A DNA stretch of 64,000 nucleotides. Origin: Hydrolagus colliei. Its lineage: Eukaryota. The notes under the pieces are model-generated. The model saw nothing but the letters and a program-made list of their open reading frames with translations, was not told the DNA's origin and did no database searches. The position numbers and the translations under genes are program-made. Location of the stretch: NCBI GenBank assembly GCA_035084275.1, contig CM068757.1, forward strand, positions 16,802,001-16,866,000, written 5' to 3'. Positions 12,602 to 23,763 of this stretch are shown piece by piece (within the stretch, counting starts at the first letter, position 1; each line of letters starts with the position of its first letter).

Positions 12602-12884
12602 TACACACACTCACTCTCTTCAGTCGTTATCTCTCTCCCTCAGTCTCCCTCTCTCAGTTACTCCCCCCTCTCTCCCTCCAACCCCCCTCTCCCCACCTCC
12701 CCTCTCTCCCCACCACCTCTCTCTCTCTCCCTCCTCTCTCTTCCCCTCTCTCTCTCTCCACCCCCCTCCCTCCCTCTCTCACTGTAACCACACACTCACA
12801 CACATGTTTTATTGATAGCCATTTTCCCAACAACATCACGTAGCTTCTGAGTATAATTAAGCTTCCAGTGATCATATTGCTAAT

Positions 12885-14190
12885 CCACAGTAACGCTCCC
12901 TCTGCACCGTGGTGTGTGTGTCTATCTATGTGTGTCTCTATCCTTGTTTGTGTGTGTCTCTGTGTGTGTGTGTGTCTCTATCTGTGTGGGTGTGGGTGTC
13001 TATGTGTCTCTATGTGTGTGTGGGTGTGTGTCTATCCTTGTTTGTGTGTGTCTCTATCTGTGTGTGTGTGTCTCTATCTGTGTGTGTGTGTCTCTATCTG
13101 TGTGTGTGTGCGTCTCTATGTGTGTGTCTCTATGTGTGAGTGTCTCTATTTGTGTGTGTGTGTGTGTATGTGTGTCTCTATGTGTGTGTGTCTCTATCTG
13201 TGTATATGACTGAGAGACAGTGAGAGAAAGAAAAAGAAAGCGAGAGGTCAGGGTTAGAGACACAGTAACGCTCCCTCTACACTGTGTGTACATACATACA
13301 TACATGTTTGTGTGTATATGTGTATGTGTTTCTATCTGTGTGTATGCGTGTGTCTCCAAGTGTGTGTGTGTGACTGAGAGGACAGAGAGATACAGTAAAG
13401 CTCCCTTACACTGTGTACGTGTGTCTCTGTCCGTGTGTGTGCCTATTTGTGTGTGGGTGCGTGTGTGTGTATATGATTGAGAGAGTGAGAGAGAGATATA
13501 GAGAGAGACAGAAAGCGAGAGGTCAGGGTTAGAGACACAGTAAAGCTCCCGCTACACTGTGTGTGTGTGTGTGTGACTGAGAGAGAGAGTGAGAGTAAGA
13601 GAGACAGAGAGAGAGAAAGGGAGAGACACGGTAAAGCTGCCTTTACTCCCCAGGCCAGGGTTAGAGACAGAGTGAGGGAGACAGGTAGAGACACAGTAAT
13701 GCTCCCTCTACCCCGGTATGTGTGTGACTGTGTGTGACTGTGAGAGAAAGTGAAAGAGATACACAGAGAGAGAGAGAGAGACAGGGAGAGACACATTAAA
13801 GTTTCCTCCACACTCCCAGGTCAGGGTTACAGACAGAGAGACACACACACACAGTAACGCTCTTCTACACTGTGTGTGTCTCTCTATCTGTGTGTATGTG
13901 TGTGTGTATATATGACTGAGAGAGTGAGAGAGAGTGAGGGAAAGAGAGACAGAGAAAGAGAGAGATTAGAGACACAGTAAAGCTCCCTCTACACTGTGTA
14001 TGTGTGTCTCTCTATACATATATCTGTGTGTGTGTGTATGTGTATGACTTGAGACAGAGAGAGACACAGTAAAGCTCCCTCTACACTGTATGTGTGTGTC
14101 TCTGTCTCTGTGTGTGTGTGACTGAGAGCGAGAGAAAGAGAGAGAGAGAAAAGGGAGAGACACAGTAAAGCTCTCTCTACCCCGTGCGTC
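12885..14190. repeat. TG/GA composite repeat with about 10 copies of CACAGTAAAGCTCCCTCTACACTGTG
   Basis: Variants near 12888, 13261, 13391, 13537, 13693, 13851, 13972, 14066 and 14161. Confidence 0.85.
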
Positions 14191-15184
14191 CACACTCCCA
14201 GGTCAAGGTTAGAGGCAGAAGATGATTTATTACCTGTTTGGAATCACAGTACTTGTCTGTCTGATGCGTGGAGACAGAGAGAGGGGGAGATAGACAGAGA
14301 GAGAGACTGAGAGAGAGACTGGGAAATAAAGAGAGAGAGAGAGAGAGACTGAGAGAGCGACTGCAAGAGTGACTGAGAAAAAGAGGCTGAGAAAGAGAGA
14401 CTGAACGAGGAGAGGAAGAGGGGGAAGAGACTGAAAGAGAGAGACCGAGAGAGAGGGAGAGAGAAAAAGAGACTGAGAGAGAGACTGATATATATATAGA
14501 GAGAGAGACTGAGAGTGTGACTGAGAGAGGGGCAGAGAAAGAGAGACTGAGAGAGAGGGACACTGAGAGAGAGTGACTGAGAGAGAGAGACTGCGAGAGC
14601 GATAGAAAGAGAAATGTAGAGACACAGAGATAAACAGGAAGACAGAGAGAGAGACTGAGAGAGAGAATGAGAGTGAGCGAGACTGAGAGGAGAGAGAGAT
14701 TAAGAGAGAGAGAGAGAGCTTGTGAAGGGCTGAAGTTTGATGTAAAACAGTTGTCATATGAGTTCACCTCAAACCAACCTCTGTGATCAGCCCCTCTCTC
14801 TCAGTCACTCTCTCTCTCTGTCTCAGTCTCTCTCTCAGTCACTCTCTCCCCCAGCCTCTGCCTCTCTCTCTCTCAGTCTCTCTCGCTCTCTCTGTTTTTC
14901 TCTCTCTCTTTCAGTCACTCTTTCTCTCTCAGTCTCTCTCTCCCCCTCTTTCTGTCTCTCTCTCAGTCTTCTTTTTCGCTCTCTCAGTCACTCTCTCTCA
15001 GTCACTTTTTTTTCGCTCTCTCCCTCCCTCAGTCTCTCTCTCTCTGTGTCACTCTCTCTCTCTCTCTCTCTCTTTCTCTGTCACTGCCTCCATTCTCTCT
15101 CAGTCACTCTCACACTTTCTCTCTATCACTGCCCTAGTCTCTCTCTCTCTCTCGGTCTCTCTGTCACTCTATGTCATGTATATC

Positions 15185-15502
15185 TAATAGTAACAATCAT
15201 TACATTTGATATCGCGCTTTTCACATCTTCTAAATGTCTCAAAGCCTTTCAAATAATGTACAGTAAATTGCCTGTGTGTATCTGGGTGGAACTGCAGCCC
15301 AGAGCAGCCAGTCACAGCAGCGACCCACTAATAATTGTGGATTGAAAATAACCCATTTTTGTTGAGGAAGAAGTAATAATTGTGTGGAGTAAGGAAACTT
15401 GCCCAAGCTTTCACCCTGCCTGGAACTGAACCAAGCTTTCCCCTGCCTGGAACTGAACCCACATTTCTTGCTTCTAAGGCACGCGCTCTAACAAATAAGC
15501 TA
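15185..15502 (-). mobile_element. tRNA-derived SINE with L2-like tail
   Basis: tRNA-like head (GTTAGAGCGCGTGCC...GGTTCAGTTCC), shared body and AAGCGCTTTGAGAC...(TAA)n tail. The family recurs across the window. Confidence 0.7.
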
Positions 15503-16107
15503 AAGAACTCAATGAAAAACAATAAATATGAATTGGCCTTTTATTCAGGCAATGGTCTGTGTGAACAAACTCACTATAATGCCAATTATCAGCCTGACTG
15601 TTGGTGCTGCCGTTCGTGTGGTAAGACTTTAAACAGAGGCGTTGTTTGTTCAAGTGGCCGTTAAAGATCTAACATCACTTTTACAAAAGGGAAGAGACTT
15701 CTCCAGGTCCTGCCGGATATTCCTCCAAAATTGTCCCCCCCCCAACGTGTGTCTCTCTCTCTCTCTGTGCCCCTGTCCCCTGTATATGTATGTGTCTCTC
15801 TCTCTCTCTGTCCCCCTGTCTGTCCCCCACCCACTGTGTGTGTCTCTCTCTCTCTGTCTCCAGCCTGTCCCCACCGTGTGGGTGTGTCTGTCCCCCCACC
15901 CCCACCGCCCCATGTGTGTGTGACTCAGTCTCTCCCGTGCCTTGTTATCCACAATCTTCAGTTGTTTTTCGGGAGTAGTTATCTACACCTTCTCACGGCT
16001 GAAATGTGGTGAATGTGGTTTCTGCCGAGGCTCTCTGTGCCCAAAGCCGGCCTCTCAACACACACGGTGTTGAACAGATGGAGAGATCAAACACACACAG
16101 CAAGAGC

Positions 16108-16146
16108 AGTTATTGTACGAGGCCATGACTGATTTCCATCACTGTG
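16108..16146 (-). other. 23-bp-spacer RSS of V1
   Basis: Minus strand CACAGTG - ATGGAAATCAGTCATGGCCTCGT (23 nt) - ACAATAACT. Confidence 0.93.
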
Positions 16147-16462
16147 AGAATGTAGGGAGAGACAGCGCAGTGATACACAGCACTGTCAGACAGCCGCAGG
16201 TCAGAGATGGACAAGCTGATGGAAGACCTGGATTTCAGCTGAACAGTGAAACGATTTTCAAATACATTTCCTTTAAGTTGATTGTCACTCCTAGAATCTC
16301 TCCGAAATATAAACTCTGGCTGCTTGCATTGGTGACTTCGGTACCAGTAGAAATAGTAATAGCGTTCAGTTGTGGAACAGGTACAATGTAAAATCACACT
16401 TTCTTCTTCTTCCTTAACCATCGTGGCAGCTTCCTGACTGACAGTGTCCCCACCACAGAGAT
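16147..16462 (-). CDS. T-cell receptor alpha/delta-type V segment 1 (TRDV-like), open frame
   Basis: LCGGDTVSQEAATMVKEEEESVILHCTCSTTERYYYFYWYRSHQCKQPEFIFRRDSRSDNQLKGNVFENRFTVQLKSRSSISLSISDLRLSDSAVYHCAVSPYI has Cys23, Trp41 and DSAVYxC104. Acceptor tattacAG; a 23-RSS follows directly. Confidence 0.9.
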
Positions 16463-16753
16463 CTGTAATAAACAAACAAAAGCACATCAGTATATTATTC
16501 CCCCTTTGCCTGAATTGTTTTTTCAGCGCCTTGAAACACCCTCCCGATGGAAATGGCCCTATACGCATGTCGTTTGCCAACAAAGAAGTAATAGTAATCA
16601 TTGTACTCAATATTTACTCGTAAAGTTTTTTCCCGCACAAGATTTAATATCAAATTTCTAGCTTGGAAAGTGAGTGCTCACTACTAAACTACACTTCCCA
16701 GCTGATAGAATAGAGCAAGCATCAGCAGCAACACTGAACTCGCTCAACGTCAC

Positions 16754-16802
16754 CTCTCATCAAGGTTCCCAGCACAAGACAGACAACAACCAACTGTCTC
16801 AT
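16754..16802 (-). CDS. Leader exon of TCR V segment 1
   Basis: ATG...MRQLVVVCLVLGTLMR+G, 49 nt, hydrophobic. Phase-1 donor GTGACG joins in frame to the V exon (..MRD-LCGG-DTVSQ). Confidence 0.75.
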
Positions 16803-18444
16803 TGTTGCTGTTGAGCCTGTGTGGTGGTGTCTGTGATATGTTTGCTGATTACACACAGTGACTGTTGTTGTTGATAGTCATTGGTGGATTGCTTTTTCGG
16901 GGGTAATACCACAACAAAAATATTATAGCACTTTTCAGATCGGGAGCGCGTGAGTAATTCCTTCAAAAACATTTTAAAATAGGGCATTGAATCCACAACT
17001 GTTTTTGGGACACTTTTTTTTCTCCCACAATATTCACTTTGCGGTACGTCCTGTAATCTGCTTTGAAACATCTTGACGATGTGCAAGATGCGTTACCAAG
17101 TAATATTATTGTTATATCAAATTAAAGGAGTATTATTCTATCAAGTTAAGTGCCCACAGTAGACAAAAAGAAACACTTTTTCTTGATCTGGACGCTTGGC
17201 TATCCATTTCCATCCTTTGCTCCGAAATAAATGTGTCAGATGGAAACCTTTTAAATTATTTTTTCAACAAAAATAAAATAGTTAATTTTTTTTTAACAGG
17301 ATCTTTAGCTTCCCATTGCAAATTTGCATCTGCACTCACTGTGAGAGATGCAATCATGGAAAATGCTTGCACTCAAATAATCAATTTCAAATCTTTGTGT
17401 ATATTTGTTCTTAAAATTTTAGCCTGTTCCTCTCAAGACTGTAAATACCACAGTGCCACACTCTCTCCTTGTCTTCCGCATAGTTTATAGTCATTGTGTC
17501 AGAGGATCTTCTGTTGTTTAATTAGCCGCTCACAGAATTAAAATGAGTCTATCAAAGTAGATTGTTGTAAAGTGAGTGAAAAACAAAACCCAACAGTTTC
17601 ATCATGTTGAGGAGTTCTGGAGAGTATTCATTAGCGCAAATGCCTCACAAGCCATGGGATCTGGTTTGATTCAGTGTGAAATGTTGGGTTTTTATATGCC
17701 TTCCCTCTCCAGCACATATTCCAATAGCTCGCAACACACTAAGCTGTCACACAGAGACACACACAAACAGAGAGCGAAAGACATTCACACACACACATAT
17801 ATATATTATATATAGAGAGAGATAAAGGGAGTTAAGACACAACTCACACAAGTTCATAGGGAGAAACAAATACAGATAGATATAGACACACACACACATC
17901 GACACAGAGAGTGATAAGCACACATAATTCCACAAAATATAGATAATGTTAGACTATTTATATTAATGTATTATTGTGGACTACTTTACAGATAGCTGTG
18001 CATTCACATAATGCAGATATTGGTATTTATCATTTGACCATTAGACCATTTATCTTATTATTATTATAAGTTTGTATGGTCATTCACCTCCACTCTGTAT
18101 TGTGTTGATCGGTGTCTGACACAACCTTTCCTCTCTATTCTTGGAGATATCACAACCTCCTTTCCGCACATTCACACCTTCAAACAATCTTTTTTTCCCT
18201 ATCAGACATACACTCTCACACAATCACAAACTCACCCTCTCGCACATGCTGTCTCACACTTTCATATTTATTCTTTCTCACTCACACTTTCACTTTCTCA
18301 CCTTTTTACTCCCCCACTTAAACATTCTCTCATGCACATATTCTGTGTCTCAGACCTTCTTTGTCAAACTACACACTCTCATTTTCGCATACAATCCATC
18401 GCACATGCTCAGGTCCCACCTCATTCACTGTGCCTTTGGTCCCA

Positions 18445-18795
18445 TAGATTGATGACACCAAGAGCTAAGCTGCCTCTAAGAACAAGTGAGAAGACCCGGG
18501 TTCTATTCCCAGGCAGTGCAAAAACTTTGGCAAATTTCCTTATAGAGAGAGGGGACAGAGAGAGACACACACACACATCTAATGGTAATCCATCCAAAAC
18601 AAACACAAGAATAAAAATTGGTCATTTCAACCCACAACTGTTTGTGAGATGCTGCTGTGTGCAATTGGCTGCTGTGTTTCACCCACAAATATACCATCAA
18701 CTCACTTTACAGTATATATTGTGAAGCGCTTTGAGACGTCTAGAAAATGTGAAAAACGCTATATCAAATGCAAGGATTATTATTATTATTATAAC
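18445..18795 (+). mobile_element. tRNA-derived SINE, same family
   Basis: Head ...gggttctattcccagg; body gcaattggctgc..cccacaaat; tail gaagcgctttgagacgtc...(TTA)n. Confidence 0.75.
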
Positions 18796-19209
18796 AACAA
18801 CAACATAAAAATGCTAGATGAATAAAGAACAGGGTCCATTAAGTTTGTGTTTCACCTCCCTGGCAGTCATGTGCTCATATGTCCCAAATTATCTATGTAT
18901 TGTATCCCATCATGGTTTTTCTTAACATGAAACTATCTGAACTGTGTTTGAAAGAATCAACATTTCTTGCTGCAACCTAGGGAGCCTATTCCACAAGTTT
19001 ATCATGCACCCACTGAAATAATGTTGGTGTAGATTCGTTCTGAATTGAACACATTCAATCCTACGCCACATCCTCATCTCCACTGGTTTTACTGTTTTGG
19101 AAAAGTTGAAATATCCTGTCATGACAGCAATCATGTCGCCATCTAATCTTCTATTTTATAGTGTGAATATGTCCAATTTATGTACTGACTTCTCATACTC
19201 CAGTCACTC

Positions 19210-20000
19210 AAAAATACAGGAGAACCAAGAAGCTAATGTTAGTGAGTAAATTAGGGAAATTAACATTTGCAAAGGATTAGAACAAGGGAAACTGTTGGGA
19301 TTGAAAAATTAAAAATTTACTGAACCTGATTGCCTGCATCCTTGGGTCTTAAAAGACTTGGCGGATGAGATAGTGGATGTTTTGTACTTGAACTTCCAAA
19401 CTTCTCTGGATTCTGGAACGGTTCCCATTAACTTGAAGATCGCAAGCATAACACCACTATTTAAGAAGAGTGGGAGAGAGAAAATGGGGAACTATAGATC
19501 AATGAGTCTGACATTGGTGGGAAGGAAAATTCTAGAACACTGTACTTAACTAAAGATGTCTTAGTGGTGTAGAAGACAATAACATGATTAGGCAGAGTCA
19601 ACATGGCTTTACTAATACATTTTTGAGGCATAACTATCAGGTTAGATAGTGGGTAACCAGTGGATGTAGTGTATCTGGATTTTCAGAAGGCATTTGATAA
19701 GGTGCCAAGTAAAAGTCTGATACACAAAATTAGGGCTCATGGAATTAAAGGCAATATATTAGCATGGATCGAAGAGTGGCTAACAGGACAAAAGTAGAGA
19801 GTAGGGATCAGTGGGTCTTTCTCAAATTCGTAGGATGTGACCAGTGGGATCAGTGCTTGGGTGTCAAATGTTTACAATCTTATCAATGATCTAGATGAGG
19901 ACATAGAACTTAAAATATCTGAATTCACGCATGATACAAAGCTAGGTTGAAGAGTAATCTCTGAGGGTGACATACAAATAATGCAATGGGATATAGATAA
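19210..20000 (+). mobile_element. Old degraded CR1 RT fragment
   Basis: LKIASITPLFKKSGREKMGNYRSMSLT; gtatctggattttcagaaggcatttgataaggtgcc (YLDFQKAFDKVP); many stops. Confidence 0.85.
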
Positions 20001-20091
20001 GCAAGATCATATAATTAGATATACATGCTGTTTTAGTTTGTCTTATTACAAGATTGCCCTCTTATGATTTAACAGCAGAACAACTTGCTAA

Positions 20092-20130
20092 AGTTTTTGT
20101 CCAGATCCTCCATACCTTGACAGCATTGTG
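20092..20130 (-). other. Near-consensus 23-RSS of the 20.1-kb V pseudogene
   Basis: Minus strand CACAATG - 23 nt (plus strand ccagatcctccataccttgacag) - ACAAAAACT. Confidence 0.88.
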
Positions 20131-20612
20131 CATGGCTTCACACAGTAAAATACACAGCACTGTTTCCTAATAATAATCCCTCCAAAAAAAACTAAATAAT
20201 AATAAAAAATGTGTCATTTCAATCCATGACTGTTTGTGGGACACTACTTTGTGTAATTCGCTGCCACGTTTCACCCACAAATACACAGTCAATTCACTTT
20301 ACAGTACATTCTGTGAAGCGCTTTGAGACGTTGATAAGATGTGAAAAGCTCCATATCAAATGAAGGATTATTATTATTATCAGGACTGTGCTAATTCTTC
20401 ATTTGAATTCATCACTCGTTTTATTGATGGTGTAGGAAGATCATGTTGGGAAGTCAGGGCTCCTGTAATCCTTCTCTGCAACACAGGAGTTCTGCTGGAA
20501 CGTGGAGATATCAGTGATTGTCTTGAATGAACAGAGAAATTTCACACCTTGTCCCTCGCGGTTTTGCTGATGTTTCAGTGATCGATTGTTTCCCGGGATC
20601 TTGCAGTGTTTC
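20131..20612 (-). pseudogene. TCR V pseudogene split by a SINE
   Basis: Minus strand reads ETIDH*NISKTA/REGQGVKFLCSFKTITDISTFQQ...DFPT*SSYTINKTSDEFK*RISTVL [SINE 20168-20380] IGNSAVY(+2 nt)YCVKP, then an RSS. Stops, frameshifts, WYRQ missing. Confidence 0.8.
20168..20380 (+). mobile_element. 5'-truncated SINE inserted into FR3 of the V pseudogene
   Basis: Family body and (TTA)n tail; the flanks rejoin to ...TVL-IGNSAVY on the minus strand. Confidence 0.8.
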
Positions 20613-20689
20613 CTGTCATCACATTTAGTTTGTTGCATGTTTGTATTATGTGAAGGGCTGGGGCATGTTGGTGAGGAGAGGGGCGTGCC

Positions 20690-22440
20690 CACCCAGAGCC
20701 CCGCCCACTCACACAGAGCCCCGCCCACACAGAGCCCCACGCACCCACACAGAGCCCCACCCACCCATGCAGAGCCCCGCCCACACAGAGCCCCGCCCAC
20801 TCACACAGAGCCCCGCCTACACAGAGCCCCACCTACCCACACAGAGCCCCGCCCACTCACACAGAGCCCCGCCTACACAGAGCCCCACCCACCCATGCAG
20901 AGCCCCGCCTACCCACACAGAGCCCCGCCCACTCACACAGAGCCCCGCCTACACAGAGCCCCGCCCACCCACACAGAGCCCCGCCCACCCACACAGAGCC
21001 CCGCCCACCCATGCAGAGCCCCGCCTACCCACACAGAGCCCTGCCCACCCATGCAGAGCCCCGCCTACCCACACAGAGCCCCGCCCACCCACACAGAGCC
21101 CCACCCACCCACACAGAACCCCACCCACCCACACAGAACCCTGCCCACCCACACAGAGCCCCGCCCACCCACACAGAGCCCCGCCCACCCACACAGAGCC
21201 CCACCCACCCATGCAGAGCCCCGCCTACCCACATAGAGCCCCGCCTACCCACACAGAGCCCCACCCACCCACACAGAGCCCCACCCACCCATGCAGAGCC
21301 CCGCCTACCCACATAGAGCCCCGCCCACCCACACAGAGCCCCACCCACCCATGCAGAGCCCCACCCACCCACACAGAGCCCCGCCCACCCATGCAGAGCC
21401 CCACCCACCCACACAGAGCCCCACCCACCCACACAGAGCCCCACCCACACAGAGCCCCGCCCACCCACACAGAGCCCCACCTACATAGAGCCCCACCCAC
21501 CCACACAGAGCCCCACCCACACAGAGCCCCGCCCACCCACACAGAGCCCCACCCACCCACACAGAGCCCCGCCCACCCACACAGAGCCCCGCCTACATAG
21601 AGCCCCACACACCCACACAGAGCCCCACCCACCCACACAGAGCCCCACCCACCCACAGCCCCGCCCACCCACACAGAGCCCCGCCTACATAGAGCCCCAC
21701 ACACCCACGCGGAGCCCCGCCTACCCACACAGAGCCCCACCCACCACAGAGCCCCGCCTACATAGAGCCCCACCCACCCACACAGAACCCCACCCACACA
21801 GAGCCCCACCCACCCACACAGAGCCCCACCCACCCACAGCCCCGCCCACCCACACAGAGCCCCGCCTACATAGAGCCCCACACACCCACGCGGAGCCCCG
21901 CCTACCCACACAGAGCCCCACCCACCACAGAGCCCCGCCTACATAGAGCCCCACCCACCCACACAGAACCCCACCCACACAGAACCCCACCCACACAGAG
22001 CCCCGCCTACATAGAGCCCCACCCACCCACACCGAGCCCCACCCACACAGAGCCCCACCCACACAGAGCCCCACCCACCCACACAGAGCCCCACCCACCC
22101 ACACAGAGCCCCACCCACCCACACAGAGCCCCACCCACACAGAGCCCCACCCACCCACACAGAGCCCCACCCACTCATGCAGAGCCCCACCCACCACAGA
22201 GCCCCGCCTACATAGAGCCCCACCCATACACACAGAGCCCCGCCCACCCAGAGCCCTGCCCACTGAGAGCCCCACCCACCCACACAGAGCCCCACCCACT
22301 CATGCAGAGCTCCACCCACCACAGAGCCCCGCCCACTGAGAGCCCCACCCATACACACAGAGCCCCGCCCACCCACACAGAGCCCCGCCCACCCAGAGCC
22401 CTGCCCACCCAGAGACACACACACACAGAGCCACGCCCAC
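20690..22440. repeat. GC-rich minisatellite, unit about CACAGAGCCCCGCCCACCCA (about 20 bp)
   Basis: About 1.75 kb of tandem variants; source of the many HRAPPT/GGALCG pseudo-ORFs. Confidence 0.95.
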
Positions 22441-22929
22441 ACAGCCGCAGCTCCGCCCACCCAATGCTCTACCCTCCTATAGACATAGCCACCCAGACAG
22501 ACATGGCGTGTGTTGGCCAATGTGTGGGACTGCAGACTCACCGACTACGTGACACCAAACTGTTCACAAATAATCTTGGAATGACAGACCTCATTTGTGA
22601 AAAATATATTGTCGGTTAAAGGCATTAACATCCCTGGAAATTGTAATCCACGCATTGATTAACAACCGGGTTCTACTTACTTACCTTTAAATCTATCTTA
22701 ATCTGAACAGAAACGTGTGTGTAGCGTAATGAAACAAGCCTAATGTATCACACTGACAAGCCTGGGTGTCGAATCCAGGTCGACTGGCTTGCAAGGCGAG
22801 TCCTGCTCTAACCACTGTGCCACATGATCCACAGCCTCTGTACACTTGCCTTCATATTATTGTTGTGTAACCACATCAGTATGTTGAAAGCACTAAGTTA
22901 AATGTATGAGAGGAAATCATGATTGCCTG

Positions 22930-22968
22930 ACTTTTTGTATGGGTAATCTGCCCTCCTGGAGCAGTGTG
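22930..22968 (-). other. 23-RSS of V2
   Basis: Minus strand CACACTG - CTCCAGGAGGGCAGATTACCCAT (23 nt) - ACAAAAAGT. Confidence 0.9.
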
Positions 22969-23263
22969 GGTTACGCACAGTAATACTCCGCGCTGTCACC
23001 CACAACAGCCTTCACCAGCAACAAATCAATCAATTTTTGTTCCTTGTTCAGCTCAGCAGTGAAACGTACTGGAAGGCCAGGAGATTTGTTTACCGTTCCC
23101 GAGCTAAATATCATGAGCAAGTAGTGAAGAGCTCCATCGGGATATTGCCTGTACCAGAAGGCAGTATTTATTGTTGAATAATTGCAGATTAGTCTGATGT
23201 TTTGTCCTTCAACTATTGTTATCTCGGGTGGATATTGGGATATTATATTTTTCCCGTTAATTT
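22969..23263 (-). CDS. TCR alpha/delta-type V segment 2 (TRAV-like), with in-frame TAA after YYCA
   Basis: INGKNIISQYPPEITIVEGQNIRLICNYSTINTAFWYRQYPDGALHYLLMIFSSGTVNKSPGLPVRFTAELNKEQKLIDLLLVKAVVGDSAEYYCA* then CC and the heptamer. Acceptor gttgcAG at 23265-23264. Confidence 0.88.
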
Positions 23264-23653
23264 CTGCAACAACAACAATAAATGTTTCTGAGCAGGACTG
23301 AATGATAACTTCCACATAGAACAATAATAATTCTTTAATTTGTTTTCGCGAATAATCACACCAATGAGACATTACAAAACACTCACAGAAAGTAATATAA
23401 AGTGAATTGACTAAATATTTTGTGGGCGAAACACGGAATCCAATTGTGCACAGCAGTGTCCCATGAAGAGTCGTAGATTGAACGCTCATATTATTACAAG
23501 TATTTTTTGGCGGGATGATTTTTTGGCAGGAAATCAATCGCGTTCCTAATTATTGCTAGACTCACAGAGGCATGAGTATGGTGTAAAGCAACTTGTCCAA
23601 CAATTAGCCCTGCCTTGAATGAAACCAGGGTGTTCGCGTTGCAATAAAATTAC

Positions 23654-23699
23654 TCTTGAACACTACACTTCCGATGTTACACAATGCAAAAAAAAACAT
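23654..23699 (-). CDS. Candidate leader exon of V2
   Basis: ATG...MFFFALCNIGSVVFK+A, 46 nt, with a phase-1 donor GTAATT compatible with the V2 exon. Only moderately hydrophobic; a competing GTGAGT donor near 23565 lacks an in-frame ATG. Confidence 0.4.
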
Positions 23700-23747
23700 G
23701 CACTGGGAGCATCTACACAAACTTACTGACTATGCTGAGGATTGCCA

Positions 23748-23763
23748 TCAGTAGCTGGCAGTG
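23748..23763 (+). promoter_or_regulatory. Candidate CTCF-binding element upstream of V2
   Basis: TCAGTAGCTGGCAGTG against consensus CCASYAGRKGGCRS (2 mismatches), about 50 nt upstream of the candidate V2 ATG. Motif match only. Confidence 0.35.

Noticed and set aside
15440-15502. tRNA-like sequences here and at about 3470, 25430-25500, 26400-26450, 27690-27745, 34180-34230
   Set aside because: SINE heads attached to a shared body and tail, not tRNA genes.
15940-16107. Possible D or J segments downstream of V1 (NAR-TCR-like V-D-J cassette)
   Set aside because: No RSS-flanked short segment and no FGxG motif with a splice donor found.
20586-22619. Many HRAPPT/THTEP and GGALCG repeat ORFs
   Set aside because: Products of the 20-bp minisatellite, open in several frames on both strands.
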